Assembly (NCBI GenBank): GCA_036172245.1
Contig: JAYWIR010000020.1
Span: 2,976,001-3,040,000, forward strand
From: Raillietiella orientalis
Lineage: Eukaryota
Length of the DNA: 64,000 nt
Reading direction: 5' to 3'
The notes beneath the pieces are model-generated. The model had not been told where the DNA came from and searched no databases. It saw only the letters and a program-made list of their open reading frames with translations. The position numbers and the translations under genes were made by a program. This document shows, in pieces, positions 50,801 through 64,000 of this stretch; position 1 is the stretch's first letter; every line of letters begins with the position of its first letter.

Positions 50801-53800
50801 TTGTATATTGAAACTGAGAATGGAGGTTTCTCTAAAAGTGAAAGTAGAGTTTAGCGTGCATCAATATTATCTTGAAGCAATTACGTCAGTCCTCAAAACG
50901 TTGACTAACTTTCATTTCATTCAATATTCATTATTTCAGCATCCCATACCATGGCTATGACATTAAATCATTTTTTTTTCCTCCAGAATATCAGTTTGTG
51001 CAATACCACTTTCAGCTGCTTCAAAAGAGAAAAGAGCAACAGTTTGGCGAACCGTTTGATCATCCATCTCTTAAATGATTTTCAATAAAACATTCGCAAA
51101 AATATCACTTTATTGCTTGGTGTTACCATCTAAACATTGTTGTACGACTCTAAAGTTTATGAATAGGGATGTATTTTTTCTTCACGAACAGTCTAATTAA
51201 TCCAAGACTTGAGGTGACCGTCCAGGTTACCGAGTTTTAAGATCTCTGAAGGAAAGAAACCGAAATTTCAAAAATTTCGGTATTATCCTCGAATGCAGAT
51301 AAAATTATAAAGTCTGTTTACACCCACTGATATGGATAAGAAGCTCAAGCTAATTCATCTCATGTCGCTTATTCAATCCAATGAAATGAGTTCTAAAGCA
51401 GTTCGAAAGCCTTCCAAAGGTCAACCCTGAAATTTGCGGAATTCCTTTCCATCATTCTTTGCTTAGCAATTTTGTTGTAATCTCAATTTTCTCTTTTTCT
51501 AGAAGACCTTTACAAATTCTCCTAGTTATCTTTCCATTTTTTTAAATATACCCCTTATGAGTATTTGATGATTAAAGAAATTGGCATCATGGCCTCCTTT
51601 GATGATATCGCTAACTGTTAGTAGTGTAAAAAATGGCATGCTCAATTTTCCAATGAATTTACATGAAATGAAAAATGAATAATTCTAAATCACACCTGCT
51701 GAGTTCGAAGGATGGTAATTAAACATCCATATTAAACATGGGATGTATAAAATTGCCTGTGCCTAGGGTTCTGTATGTACTGTGCGGTTCGCAAGATTTT
51801 GATTGTAAAAAATTTTAAATTCCACTGCACTTTTGGAAATAAGGAAACAATAAATAAAAGGTCAATTTAGAGACTTATTGTAAGGAGTATGGGAAAACCC
51901 GAGAATGCACAGTGCGGTGAAACTTTTCAAAAACCGTGCACATCATTTTACACCATGAGTTGTTTTAGCAATAATATTTTTCTCATTTATTCTTGTTCAG
52001 CAATTTGCAGTCAGTAGGGAACACAAATCCATAAAATCTGTAGATTATTCACGGTAAAATCGGAAGTTTTCCTTGGAAAAAGGATAAAGTTTCCCACTTC
52101 TACACATGTAGAGGGAACTCGACGCTTAAAGCAACTTCGAATATCAGTTCAATCATCTCGAGAGGCGAATTGATATGCTTGAAGGCTCTCTAGAAGAAAC
52201 TTTTCGATCGGATCTCGTCCCCAGAAAAAGATGGTCTCCAGAGCATGCTGTTTACTTACAGTTTTTGAAGTGCTTTGACTTCACGCGGACTACATACTGA
52301 AGGTATAGACAGCGGTAAAGAGTCAAAGCACTCAGAAAGACAAACTCGACACAATAAGAAAATTCGATGTTTTCTTTTAGGAACCGATTCTAAAAGAGGA
52401 ATGTGGAATTCTAATCTATAGGGAAAAGGGCAGAAAAGGAAAATGCTCGACTACGGTTGCGCGAGGGGGCTAAGAATGCTCAATACGATATGAGAATTTA
52501 GAGGAATCGAGGCAGCGTTCAGTGTGAGCGAAAACAAGAAGCCAAACTCGCTGATGGACGTGGGATTCCTGGCGGCTGGATGCTGGGAGTCCTAGTTTCC
52601 TGTCACGGAACTTGCAGTGTTATGGTGGAATCGTGCACATGCCAGCAAGCCATCATGGAACCATTTAGTCGACTTGCCGTGGCATTTTGGTCCGCAGAGG
52701 CTCTGAATTTTGCAAACGAGAGCGCTACTCGGATGCAAGTCTGTTCGGGGACCCGCGCTCGTTCGAGAAGTGCTCTTCTCCGCGAATCGCAAAGAGAAGC
52801 ACAAAACTAGACGCAGCGACTTTCCGTTTCATCGATAAGGAAAATTCTGGAAACAGTCCTGGAACTGAATACGGAAGAGTTCTGCAAAGCCCGGATTGAG
52901 GCATGCAAAGGTAGCTTTTCAAAATGAACCTGTGCGGGTAGCTATTTGAGCAACAGAGTTCGAGAGGACGAAGAGCTAAGATAAACTGGAACGTTGTTCA
53001 AAATCAAATTAAATAGTTACGACCAAAATAAGACAGTCGTACATGTAGAATAAAGGCTACAGTTCAGTTTCGAAGATTCAAAACTCTTGAGACAGGCAGC
53101 AAGCAAAGTTCGTAGTGCACATCGGCAGGATTTTCGAGGACAAGAGGAAAGCTGAAGTGGTTCCGAGGCGACTACGGGTCCGAAGACTACATTTAAGAAA
53201 CACGCAGTGGGGCCTCCACAAAAAACAAGCTCAGAGAACGTCATACCAGATGGTCAGAAAGAGGAGGAAAAAAATATGCTTCCGGTGCCTAGTAAAGATA
53301 CAAGGATCAAGTCGAAAACACAATAGGAAATAGAATTATTTTGTGAAACCAAGGAAAGATGTGGATTGAGGATGTTTAGAAATAAAAAAGGAGCGGGTAA
53401 TTCACAAGTGAATGACTGACTGACCTCACAAGTGAGTGTAGCTTCCAAAAGGGAAAAAAAATTTTGTACAATTTATGTGGAATTCACCCGGTTTATTCAC
53501 ACTTGTGAGGAATGGTATTGAGCTTTAACCAGAGATCGCTGAAAATCTTGGGTCCTCATAAGCAAGAATTCCATTTTATATCAGTTAGTTATACATCCAA
53601 AACGTCAAGGAAAAGCAGGGGATCCACCATTTATAGGGATATCTGATGGACTCCAAAAATTCTCCTAATCAGCCGACGGCTGCAATCAGAGATGATTAGG
53701 CAGCACTAAAATGTGACTGAAATTATAATTCACCTCAAGCGAAATTGTTCAGAATTCGTGTATGCATCTTCGAACGGATGCACAGGGCTACAGTAGATGT

Positions 53801-56800
53801 AATAAAGATAAGAGAAAAGGCGTCTCATCTAAGAATTTTTGTTTACAGATGGACGCAGGTGGGCATTTGTATTTTTATATCCATTCAGTTCTGATCATGC
53901 AAATTACCAAATAATGTGGTTCTCAGTTCCAACTGGTGCTGATACCAATAAAAAACAATCCGCCATTGCATTCTGAGGTACCAGGAACGAGTGAGAGGTC
54001 CCACACTGAGTCTACACATCCATCATCTGTCATCGTCTATCACCTCGTGATGCTGATTCGAACGCTAAAATCTTGCTTGATTGCCTTTTCTGATACCTGA
54101 ACGAATGATTTCCACTTCGTTTGCGCGAAAAAACATTTATGAAGATGTAAGGTACGTATTCCTAGTCCGCCAGTCACACTTCAGATGTCACTTGGAAGCA
54201 GAATGCCCTACATTGATCAATCTGGAAACACTTTGTCACGAACATCTGATTTTCGCATCAGGAGCCGTACTTCTTCTGTTAGTGAAGCCGCTCTCCCAGT
54301 TTTTGCTTCTTGTACTGTTTTTCATCGTACATAGCATTCCGTTGTACGGCAGCTTATCAAATGTTTGTTGTACATGCAACCCGCCTCAGTTTGCGTACTG
54401 AACAGTTCTGAAACTAAAGGATGTTCCCTGCGAGCACTTAATTGAATCCAGACTTGTTGGCTCCGAATGCTTCATACGAAAAAAACTGGTCCCGTTCGTT
54501 CGAGTTCAGACGGGGATTTGCTTCTTATGGGAGCCGTTTGCACCAGCACGGGTTTCATCCATGAATGCTCCGGGAATTTCAGGGACGAAATCAATTCCGC
54601 ACCCGCACAGCCTTTGTAAAATTGAATTGGGAATGAGTACCTGCAAATTAGTGACTGCTCTTTGTTTCCAGAAAGATCAATCATGTTGCTAACATGTCAA
54701 AACGGAGAAATTCCTCGAAAAATCCAAAGGCTTAAAGAAATGAAAGAAAAAAAAAATTTTTTTTTGAAGTACTTTGTGAGAAACATTTGGGAGCTTCCGT
54801 TCTTTCATAACGGGAACCCTCAAATGATTCAGAGGGTGTCCAAGAAAATGCAGTGTTAATCTCACCGTGAAATATGTTTTAGATTGCTCCTGAGGCACGA
54901 GTTTGTGAGACCGAAAGGGCCCTGGTGAGCATTCGATCACACCTGAGTGTGAAGAAAATTATTTAGAAGGGTAAAATTGCTAATTTTAGGCAGAGCTTTC
55001 TGCTGCCGTTCGTTATTTTAGCTCTTCATGACTTCGTTCCACATTTGTCTTCTGGTATATCAGCTCGCTTCTCAAGATATTTCAGTTTGTCTCTTATTCT
55101 TAATCACACATGGTACATTTGTTTCGTTGTATGGAATCCGGAAGGATTGGGAAATTCGCAGAAATTTGTTTCGGTGGGAAAAAAGGAACGGCACAGTTGT
55201 TTCAGCAGGAAAGGCTCGCAAGAAATAACTTGTAACAACAGGATCCATTAGCAGTCCGATCAAAAGATAATAAAACACTTGGCAAAGGGATAATAATCAC
55301 AGAACGTCTGGGTAGTGGTCATTCTGACTCACAATGGAAAATCAAAAAGTGATCGAAGAATGAAAACTCGGTGGCTACAGAAGTAAAGGCTTGCGACTGT
55401 TTAGGTCCTGTCATCAGGTATTCAGGAAGACATGCTAATGTGTGCAAGCAGGCGTCGCTGCAAGAACGGAGCGAAAAGAGCGTTGAATCCACCACTTTCG
55501 CACGGAAGTGTTGAGAGCCATTTGGGATGCTTCATCGCGTCAGCTGCTCGGATGTTGCTGACCCCCCCAGGCGCTAAGAAAGCGTATCACGTAGGTCACG
55601 GACGTGTGCAGCGGCAGGTACATCATGTAACTCGCATTGGATTGCATTCGTGGAGCACGAATGACCATGCGTGATTGAGAGTGAGCTATCCTTGTACGGA
55701 TTTCCACAGTGTATGCAATCCATCGCACATAGCGTAATCTGCCTTTTCATGCAAAGCCGATCCATCAGGTACAGGATGAAGTAAGAAGATCTTGCAAATA
55801 AATCTTAACGAGGGTGAGCTCGCTTTTCCGTTTTACGACCAGTGCTTCATTCATCCTGACAGAAGTCATCACACACAGGATAAGCATTTTGCCGCTGCAC
55901 TGAGCTGCCCAACATATTGCATGCGAATTCGAAGGTGGTGCGAGGCCACTTCATCTGCAGATGCGAATCTCTTAATAAAATGAGTTTATCTTGTCTTGAC
56001 ACCCACTAAGATTACGAGACTTCTTTGTGACAAGATTGATGACTGTTCACGTGGTTAGTGAGCTGTTATGCACGGTTCATAATTAATACGGAAAGCAATC
56101 AGATGTGAGCACGCAGTGGGGTGGGGGACTACGAAGTCAGGACACTGGGAAAGAGTTTTCCATTCATGATAAACTTGTGAGGGCCGAGGCTAAAGGCCCA
56201 ACTCGTTGAACCTGCTGGGCATAATGGTTCTGGGGAGTGGAGTAATTCAGAAAACAAGCGGTGAACAAGAAGAACAGATGTCTTTAAAAACCGTCGGTAA
56301 ATAAATCTTTGCCAGAGGAAACGCGGGAAGAAGTGGGAGAACCTGTGGACTAGGCTTTTGCCACGCAAAGGTTCAGTAAGATCAGGACGTCGGACGATTC
56401 CTCGGCTTGGTTGCTGCATTCGGAAAGTCCCGAATGTTCCCTGGAATTCTCGATTACTTTTCTGATACCCAGGACCAACGACTGCCACTCCCGAAGCACG
56501 TCGCACGATTTACGTCCGAAAAGCTGCGTTTCGACGACCATTTTGCTGCCCTGGATCCGGCTGTTGCCGATTCGTCTATACGAACTTTTCAGTGTTCACT
56601 GGAGGTGCTCCCAAATGGCTTCTCGGAGGTGTTGCGAAGGGCGTGAATCAGGGAGCTCAGGAATCTCGAATGGGTGGACACGCTGTGACGCGTGTCAACA
56701 AACCCTTAAGGTCAAGCACGCACTCACTCGCGGGCTGGTGCCTTCATTCGTGCCTACGAAGCTATTCCTCGGCTTCACTTCAACCGGAAGGACAATCAAA

Positions 56801-58577
56801 GACTTTTTCAAGTGCACTTTCTCATGAAAGTTTATTTGTGTGATATCAGAGAAGCAGAACGTTTGGGGATGTAGAAGTCTCAGATAATTGTTCAATCGAT
56901 TCAAGCGTTGGGGATGGAGGAAGCTTGCCTTTCCAAAAGCAAACGGTTCAGAACCTAAAGAGGAACACATAGCTAAGCACGTGATGACACTGAAAAGTAC
57001 ATAGATATAAGTGACATGCAAATTTCTCTGCTTTTCTCTGGATTCAAGAATCTCCTGCAGACTTTCGAATTTTTTTGGTCAAGAGCCAAAATTTTCACCC
57101 GATGCCTTCCTTCCCCAGAAGGGAGAGATTTTGTCACGGAAATCTTCCAGTAAAATAGCATTCACAGACTCTCGTTTTCCTTTCAGATGATAGTGAACGG
57201 CAGGTGGCCTGTCAGTGGTGGCAGCAGATTGTAGCAGGCTACAGCACGTCAGCGTGCTCTACTCTTTTCGTGTATCCCAAGAATGTTGAGGTTCCATTTA
57301 TTCGCAACTGCAGGCGTACGCAAGGACTCTAACGAGAGCTTGGTTTCATAATCTTCCGCTCCATGAGCTGCCCATAAACAAATGAAATCAAAAGAATGCA
57401 TGTTTCGGATGCCAGGGAAGGCGTTGCTGCGGTCTACCACCACTACGGAAGGTATTGATTCCGACGAGATGAATCTGAAGCTCAAGATGCCGCCTAGAAG
57501 GTGCTGTCGCAGTACTGCAAATTGCATTTCCTGGACTTCGTCGCGAGCATGATTCCTCAGAAAGCTATTTGTTCCATTTCCGAAGTGCACTCTTTGAAGC
57601 TACCTTCCAAGAGACTCCATTTCATTGGAGCAATCTTAGACATCAACCTTTCTTGATGCTGTGTTTGGTCTGATTTTCAAACCATTTCTTTTTGAATTTT
57701 GAAGACTTTATTTATAAATCTGAGGGTTTTCCAGGAACTTTTTTTCTTTTCTGAGGTCCCGAACGACGAGCATTATTCACAATTCATTCAATCAGACGTA
57801 CGCGTTTTTCCCTTCTTTCCTTCATTCCTGAGATTTTATTCCAGAGACTATTTGATTTTTACCTGCTGGCATGCTCGCTTCTATCCTCGCTTCGTGATGG
57901 AAAATATGGATGCCTGGTACAAAATCTAGGGAACGAGGAATGGAAAAAACGTGGTTCCGTTTTACGATTTTTCAATAACCTTTTAGGAGTTACCAAAATT
58001 TCTGAATTCCCAGCAGGCAGACCGAAAGAATGCGGACATTACAGTCAAACACTTGGCAATCATTTTCCTTTGTCAGATTTTCGAAAGCATCGAATTATGT
58101 CGATGCTGTGCTGAATTTCATCTACGTGAGTGCCTTGGGTAAACGCGTGTGAGCCGGTAGTGATTTCGGGTTCACTGCATTCAATAAGGTGGAAACTGAG
58201 AAAGATTGGAAAGAAAATTGCTCCCACACGACTGATCATCACCAACGCTTGATCTTAAAAACCACAGCAACCATGTTTCTATCCGTCCTGAGTCTGTTGT
58301 TTCATGCTAGATGAAAAAGAACCGTCTGCAACAGGTTCATGATTTAGAGGAATTCTAGTAAGAAGTACTTTTCTTCCAGAGGATCCACCGTCTCCCTACA
58401 GGAACAGTAATAGGAATACGAATGAAAAATATGGAAACTCCGCTAATTGCTGATTCGAACCGGATATGATGTGATAACGAGTTTCTTTACATTTGATCCA
58501 TCATCATGAGGATGCTTCATGATTTGCTGCTGAGGAAACATGGATGATGTGGTCATCGGTTTGTAAAAGTGCTCAGG

Positions 58578-58616
58578 TTCATCTTAGCTCCGGCTACAAA
58601 CCGGGGCTAAGATGAA
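58578..58616. repeat. 16-bp inverted repeat (one T.G pair) with 7-nt loop
   Basis: ttcatcttagctccgg / ccggggctaagatgaa. Confidence 0.75.
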
Positions 58617-61600
58617 TGGGAACACAATATACTCCCACAATATAAATGCGTTCAGTCTTTGCATTGATCGAGGTCCCACTACGAACTGTTGGTTCCTCAG
58701 ATGTTCTTGGAGTATGATCAAAGGCTTTTATGCATCTCGTCTCATGCGTGCGATCTCAAGAGCGAAATAGTCAAAAAGGCAGCATGGGAGCTGAGGCAAA
58801 GGGATGTCGACTTCGCGCTTGGTAAATTCTTGCATCAAAACCAGTCCAACCTCTTCCTTAATGCACTACACTAATAAACTCACTTGTCTGAGGATCCCCA
58901 CATCAAACAGGAGGCATGAGAAGGAATCGTAATAAAGGGCATTTTTTTTCTTTTTTGTATGGCCATCGTGGTTGTGGAAGACAAGCAGGCACGCGATTCA
59001 TATCTGAGGCATAACTGCTTTCTGGTCAACGCGGCGGAGGCTTTCAAATGGTGTGCGTTGACATAGAAGCCGACGTGCATTTCGTACAGAGGGGCGATCA
59101 CTTTTTGAATAAGCTATGATGATGTCCGACCCTGCAGCGGTGTTGGATACAAAGACTCCGAAGAAAGGTCATCGAACGCGGTTCTCAACAGTCATCAATT
59201 AAATCAGGTTATTAATCTGATTAAGTCGGACTGGCTCTGGAATCTAGAAGCAAATTTCGGGAATTCGCTGAGGATCGGTTACCTGGGAGGTGGAACTGAC
59301 TGCTGCCGCATCAGTGTGGCGAGAAGCTGTGCTGCATCAGAAAGGTGTGCTGAAGGAAACTGGACGATAGGGAGGAAGACGAGCATCAGAGAAAAATTGC
59401 CTTAGCGATTCCTACGCAGATTTCATGCTGTTTGAAGGAGTGCACTGAAAGGGAAAACTCCGCTTCAGATCAAGAGAATGTGAACATCTTCATGTTAGGG
59501 TGAAAGCGTCTAATGAGACACGTATGATTCCGTAACGACAAGTTGAGAGTGTATACGGACTCGCTGTAGCATGATCAATAGGCTATATTGATCAATAGGC
59601 AGGTCGATTTTTTTTTCTTTTCTTTTCCGCTTGCCTTGACCAAAGCATGAGAAGCTCTTCGCTAAGACGCAGATGGAATGCAAATCCCGAGAAACTTTTC
59701 GAACACGCGCTACGCGCCTTTCCTTACGAAGGTTGTTATCAAAAACTGCGCGCGCACGCATGCGCACGTGTTTCTTTTTTTTTGGTTTTCTTTTCCATTT
59801 CAGAGACAGGTAAGGTATCCGAATCTGTTACATTCGCTCCTTTCATGTTCATCTCTCACGTTCCTTCATCTCCTTCTCACCTATCAAGGAAATCCGGAAT
59901 GTGTTCCACCCGAGCGCAGACAATCTGTTGAGGAGTATAATTTGGGTTGTTCGTCTACATTCTGGTGATGGCTACAGCCTTATGCACGGCCCGCCAGGTA
60001 ATGAAAGAAAAGACACGGAGAATAAGATGAAATTCTGTGTGATTACGGCCGGTAAGAAGTGTCCGGATTCCGTAATCACAAAGCAGCCATTTTTGTTTTC
60101 CATACGTGACCAGGTTTCGTTGAGGCGGCGCAAGGAGGGGCACAAGGAGGTGCACGCCGGTCCATAAATTTCAAATCTGCTTTGCGACTGGTCGTCCGTG
60201 GGATCGAATAGCAGAATTACTTTTCCGCGTATCCTTCTGCATGGCTCCGAAAATTCAGCGGGAGACGAAAAGGGAGAACATGCAAGCGAGGAAAAGCACT
60301 GCTGAGCAGCTTCAAGGACCGGGATGCCTTCCTCCCGGTCGGCAGACTGCTTCTCCAGGTTGCGACCGCGGTCAGCACCGCGCTAACCCGGTAGGATTCA
60401 CCAGCCTGCTCGTGGGAAGCTCCCAGCTCGGGAAGGAGTGGGAGCCGAAGTACAAGATGGTAATCGGATCCCTCAGGCACCAAGCAGGATGGCAGAGATT
60501 CCCGAAAGACGGCGGAGAGCGCCCTGGACGATGCAGCAAACTTAGTTAGTTCCGTCCTGACTTCCTAGGAAAACTGCAACCGAGGTCCTGCAATTCCCAA
60601 AGAAGGAAAGTCAAATCCCGCATTTTGGGAAGGATTCCGTGTGGGAGGCAGAGAGAAAAAAATCAGTACTATAAAATTAAATGCAAGAAGACCTCAGATC
60701 GAGTCGGAAGCAGCGTTTATTTCTCGCTGATGCAAAACGCACTCGCTTCTCCCGAGCGGGTCCATAGGTCGTGGAGGTGTTCCGTTTACCTGAGGGCCAT
60801 CTCGGAATGTCTGCACTGTTAGCGGACGCAGGTTCCACTCGTTGGATGAGGGTTGTCTCAAGCGAATCTTGTCGCAGAATGGCAGCTGCCTCTGGTGGAG
60901 TCGTGAAGCTGGGATTCTTCTTTTACTGCATCCGCTGGCTTTGATGGCCCTTCTCTTCTCATAAAACGCTGGCTTCGATGACAGAGGATGCTCGCCCCAC
61001 CTTTTCTCCTGCTTAAGATGAAACACGTGCCTGTGAAGCCGCGTGTCTCCGGCTCGGTGCTGCGACGACAACCGGAGAATCACCAGAAAAATAAAACTTC
61101 AACGTGTGGCACCGGGACGAGACGGAACGACGTTCCTGGACCCGCGAATGATTTCAAATGGGCTTGATGAAAGCTGGGCGATCCCCAGTGCCGTCATCTA
61201 CTTTGGGTTTCCGGTGAACCCCCAACAAGCCTTTTAAGGACTCTCAGAGTTTCTTCATATGCTCAACAAGAGAGCACGGAAAGGGGTGGGACTCAAGGGA
61301 CCTATTTATAAAAATGAAACACATGAAAATAAACACAAAACCAACAATCCATCGTGATGTAGATGAGGTGGGAATGTAGCACATTCCACGAAGCGCTAAG
61401 CAAGCGGCTGCATTGGAATCGCAGTTAAACCTTCAGGTCGGAACCTCAGGCATCCTCATTCGGCAGCATCCCGGACCGTAAAGTAAGCCCTCTGGGAGGC
61501 GGGACTTTCGATCCGTCGAGTAACGACATAGGAACTCCCAAGTTGCTAATGTTCCCTAAACCATTTTGCCAGCTCAGACGAAGCAAGGTCTTGTCCTGCA

Positions 61601-61769
61601 CTGTTTTTTTTTTTTTTTTCCACTTTGGACCACTTCGACCACTCGGACAAGTAACCCGTCTGCTTGCAATGCTACCCTTTCAGAATTCTCTAGAGAAGGG
61701 GGCGCGCTTCGTTGGTCACGTTCGCTTTGCTGGAAAACGTCCAATGGAACGAAATGTTCTTCATGAAAT

Positions 61770-61817
61770 GAAATGTTCCATCCGATATGAACGTATTCAT
61801 GTCGAATGGAACATTTC
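61770..61817. repeat. 22-bp imperfect hairpin with 4-nt loop
   Basis: gaaatgttccat-c-cgatatgaa [cgta] ttcatgtcg-a-atggaacatttc; one C.A mismatch and one T.G pair. Confidence 0.75.
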
Positions 61818-64000
61818 CATAGAGAGGAGCTCCAATCGATCGGGTACTTCTGCGTAAGAGTTCTGATTCCGTGCGTTGGTTATCTCGAAAAAGGTGGACA
61901 AATGGATTTCATTCATTGGCAAACGAGTGAGAGGAGTTAAGTGGGCTTCACATCGCTGCTGTCGATCAGGTAAACAAGAAATGCACCCACTGCAGAATTA
62001 TAAGAGCTCATGGTTACCACAAGACGGTTAATCAGGAGAGGTTTCGGCTCTCCTAAGGAAACTGGGACCTTCGGGATGATGCCCAAGATTCGCATCCACA
62101 TCTAGGTATTTCACGATTCATGTCGTTCGGAACCTCTCACTTCGAAATGAAAAGAAGTCGCAAACACCAGTGATAATTTCCAGCTGCATAGATTCGCCCT
62201 GCTGGTTGTTAACGACACGGCTGCAAAGCACCAGATTAGCGATTCCTATCGAGGAGAGCGAAAATATTCCTTCCAGGGTCGGAAGCCAAGAGCCTGGACA
62301 CACCGCAGTTTCCAGGTTCAGCTCCATTTCTGCATCCAGCAAGAGGAATCGGTCTCAGTGCGCAAAGAGAAAATCCCGCCTTCCACGCGCGCGCGCGCAC
62401 GTTTTGCTCCACGGTCTTCCACGCTGGCACGTTTTCTCTCGCAACCCTCTTATCAAAAGCAGTTATCCGATTAAGAAGATTCGAGGCCCTAGGCTGCTGC
62501 TTTCGAATTTCGTGTGAACCTCGAGAGAGTTGCGAAACGGAGGAGAGAAAGAAAAAGAAAAGATGAGCGCCGAAGAAGGCTCATTGATGCGTAGAAAAGA
62601 AACGATCGAATTCACTTAGAGATCATATGGCCGGAAACCGTCCGGGAACGAATTAACGAATTCAGAGAATGAGGTGCACACAGGATGGTAGCATCTTGGA
62701 AGGAGAGAGCATTTTTCGGCAAGTCGAAAGCTAAGACCTTCGCCGTCTGAAGGTGAGGGACTCGAGCTTCGCAAAAGATGCATCGGAATCCGGTTTCCAA
62801 GAGGCTCTGAGACCAATCTGGTTTCCAATCTCAGTGGTAGCAGCACAGCATCAGTATGCTGCTTTTGGATACTCAGATTCAAGAGAGGATAAGACTGGTG
62901 GAAGGAAAGTGAGGATGGGATGGGGGATCAGAAGAGGCGAATGAGACATCGGCCCATGAGCTTGAAATGCGATTATCGTTGGGCATCGTTCTCAGGAGAA
63001 ACTCTGCGATTCAACCCTCCACTGACGGTGAGATCAGGGAGGGATTATACGGTGCACAGGTTTCTTCTTTTGAAGATGAATGGTCTCATTGGACTGCGCA
63101 GCAGCTCCATCTTTCGAAAGAATGGCAGAATCCAAGCCTGCACTTTCAGTAAAAACTAATAGAAATTCTTTTTAAAAAAGATGAGAAAATAAAAATTGGT
63201 ATTTAATTTGCGTCTTATCTCGTTCTTTTCCACCCTTAGTTTTACTGTTGTGGTAGTCCCAAAGATGCGTTACCACCTCTCACTCGGCGGGAATGCCTGG
63301 CGGCAGGAATCATTGAAAACATGGAGGCTCCTGGAAATTCCGACTCTCCTGGCAACGGTTCCATTAACAGGCTGGGAAACCTTCTCATTGACGAGAACGT
63401 CGCCGGTGCCAGCCTGCTTCTCAGATCTCAGAGCGAGTTTGTCCAGTTGGCCCCTTTAGTGCATCGACGGAGGAGGAAGAAGTGGATTCTCCTGCGGTGT
63501 AGATGATCCCTGCCGGAGCACGCGGGTCATGGAGTACATCGCTCGATGGGAATCGCCTGGGCCGACGAGCTAAGCGACGGAGATCCCCTTTAGATCCAGA
63601 AGGAAGGTGGATAGAATTTTACACGGTACTCGAAAATGAAAAATTCAGGTGCATTCGGGTCGACGCCTCCGTCCTTCCATTTACTACCAAAAGACCTCCA
63701 TCCTTGTGATTGTTCATTCGATCCTCCCTCGGGCCAAGGAACTGTCGCTAGACCTCGACGCGGAGGACCACCCTCCAAGGAGTGTGCCCTCTATGGTATA
63801 GAGGCAATCCTGATTCCCGAACGCGGAAGGTTGCGTTGTGGATGGAAACGCGTCACTGGGAGACTTCGTGTCCCTAAAGCTGTTCCCTTTTTCGGGATCG
63901 GCAGTTGCCTCCACAGTCGAGATCCTCTACCACGTGGGATCAACCGCGACCGCCAAAACGGAAATAAAGTGTGCCCATAGTCGTCCCTTAGGGCCGTTTG

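Noticed and set aside
49900..64000. Short ORFs and possible plus-strand exons (e.g. near 50987, 58380, 63240)
   Set aside because: No recognisable homology and no phase-consistent chain of exons; left unannotated.
1..64000. CRISPR array, tRNA/rRNA genes, prokaryotic operon or defence system
   Set aside because: No regularly spaced repeats, no complete cloverleaf around the GTTCGA-like words, no rRNA motifs; the gene structure is spliceosomal eukaryotic.

Overview
Eukaryotic genomic DNA from an invertebrate animal, probably an arthropod, with spliceosomal GT-AG introns. It is not prokaryotic, so the ORF track mostly shows exon fragments or noise. Three housekeeping genes can be rebuilt exon by exon with consistent splice phases, in a compact cluster at 37.0-47.8 kb. 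PDSS1/qless (decaprenyl-diphosphate synthase subunit 1, minus strand, 6 exons) lies head-to-head with mRpL32 (plus strand, 4 exons). mRpL32 lies tail-to-tail with a PPIG/Moca-type SR-cyclophilin (minus strand, 10 coding exons). Two phase-compatible minus-strand exons at 15.7-17.0 kb encode a 6-Cys EB/EGF-like module of a larger gene that I could not complete. The rest (about 1-36 kb and 48-64 kb) looks intronic or intergenic, with no intact transposon ORF, tRNA, rRNA or CRISPR array that I can support. The most unusual non-coding signals are: (1) a ~284-nt fold-back hairpin at 32382-32665 whose stem substitutions favour G.U pairs on the plus strand, inside a GC-rich, stem-dense island (candidate hpRNA/endo-siRNA or ADAR substrate); (2) interlocking perfect palindromes at 11024-11134; (3) a structured GC-rich element in the only long intron of the cyclophilin CDS; (4) ultra-short 38-56-nt introns; (5) a probable antisense 3' overlap of mRpL32 and PPIG. 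None of these is proven to be a new biological system; all are testable hypotheses.
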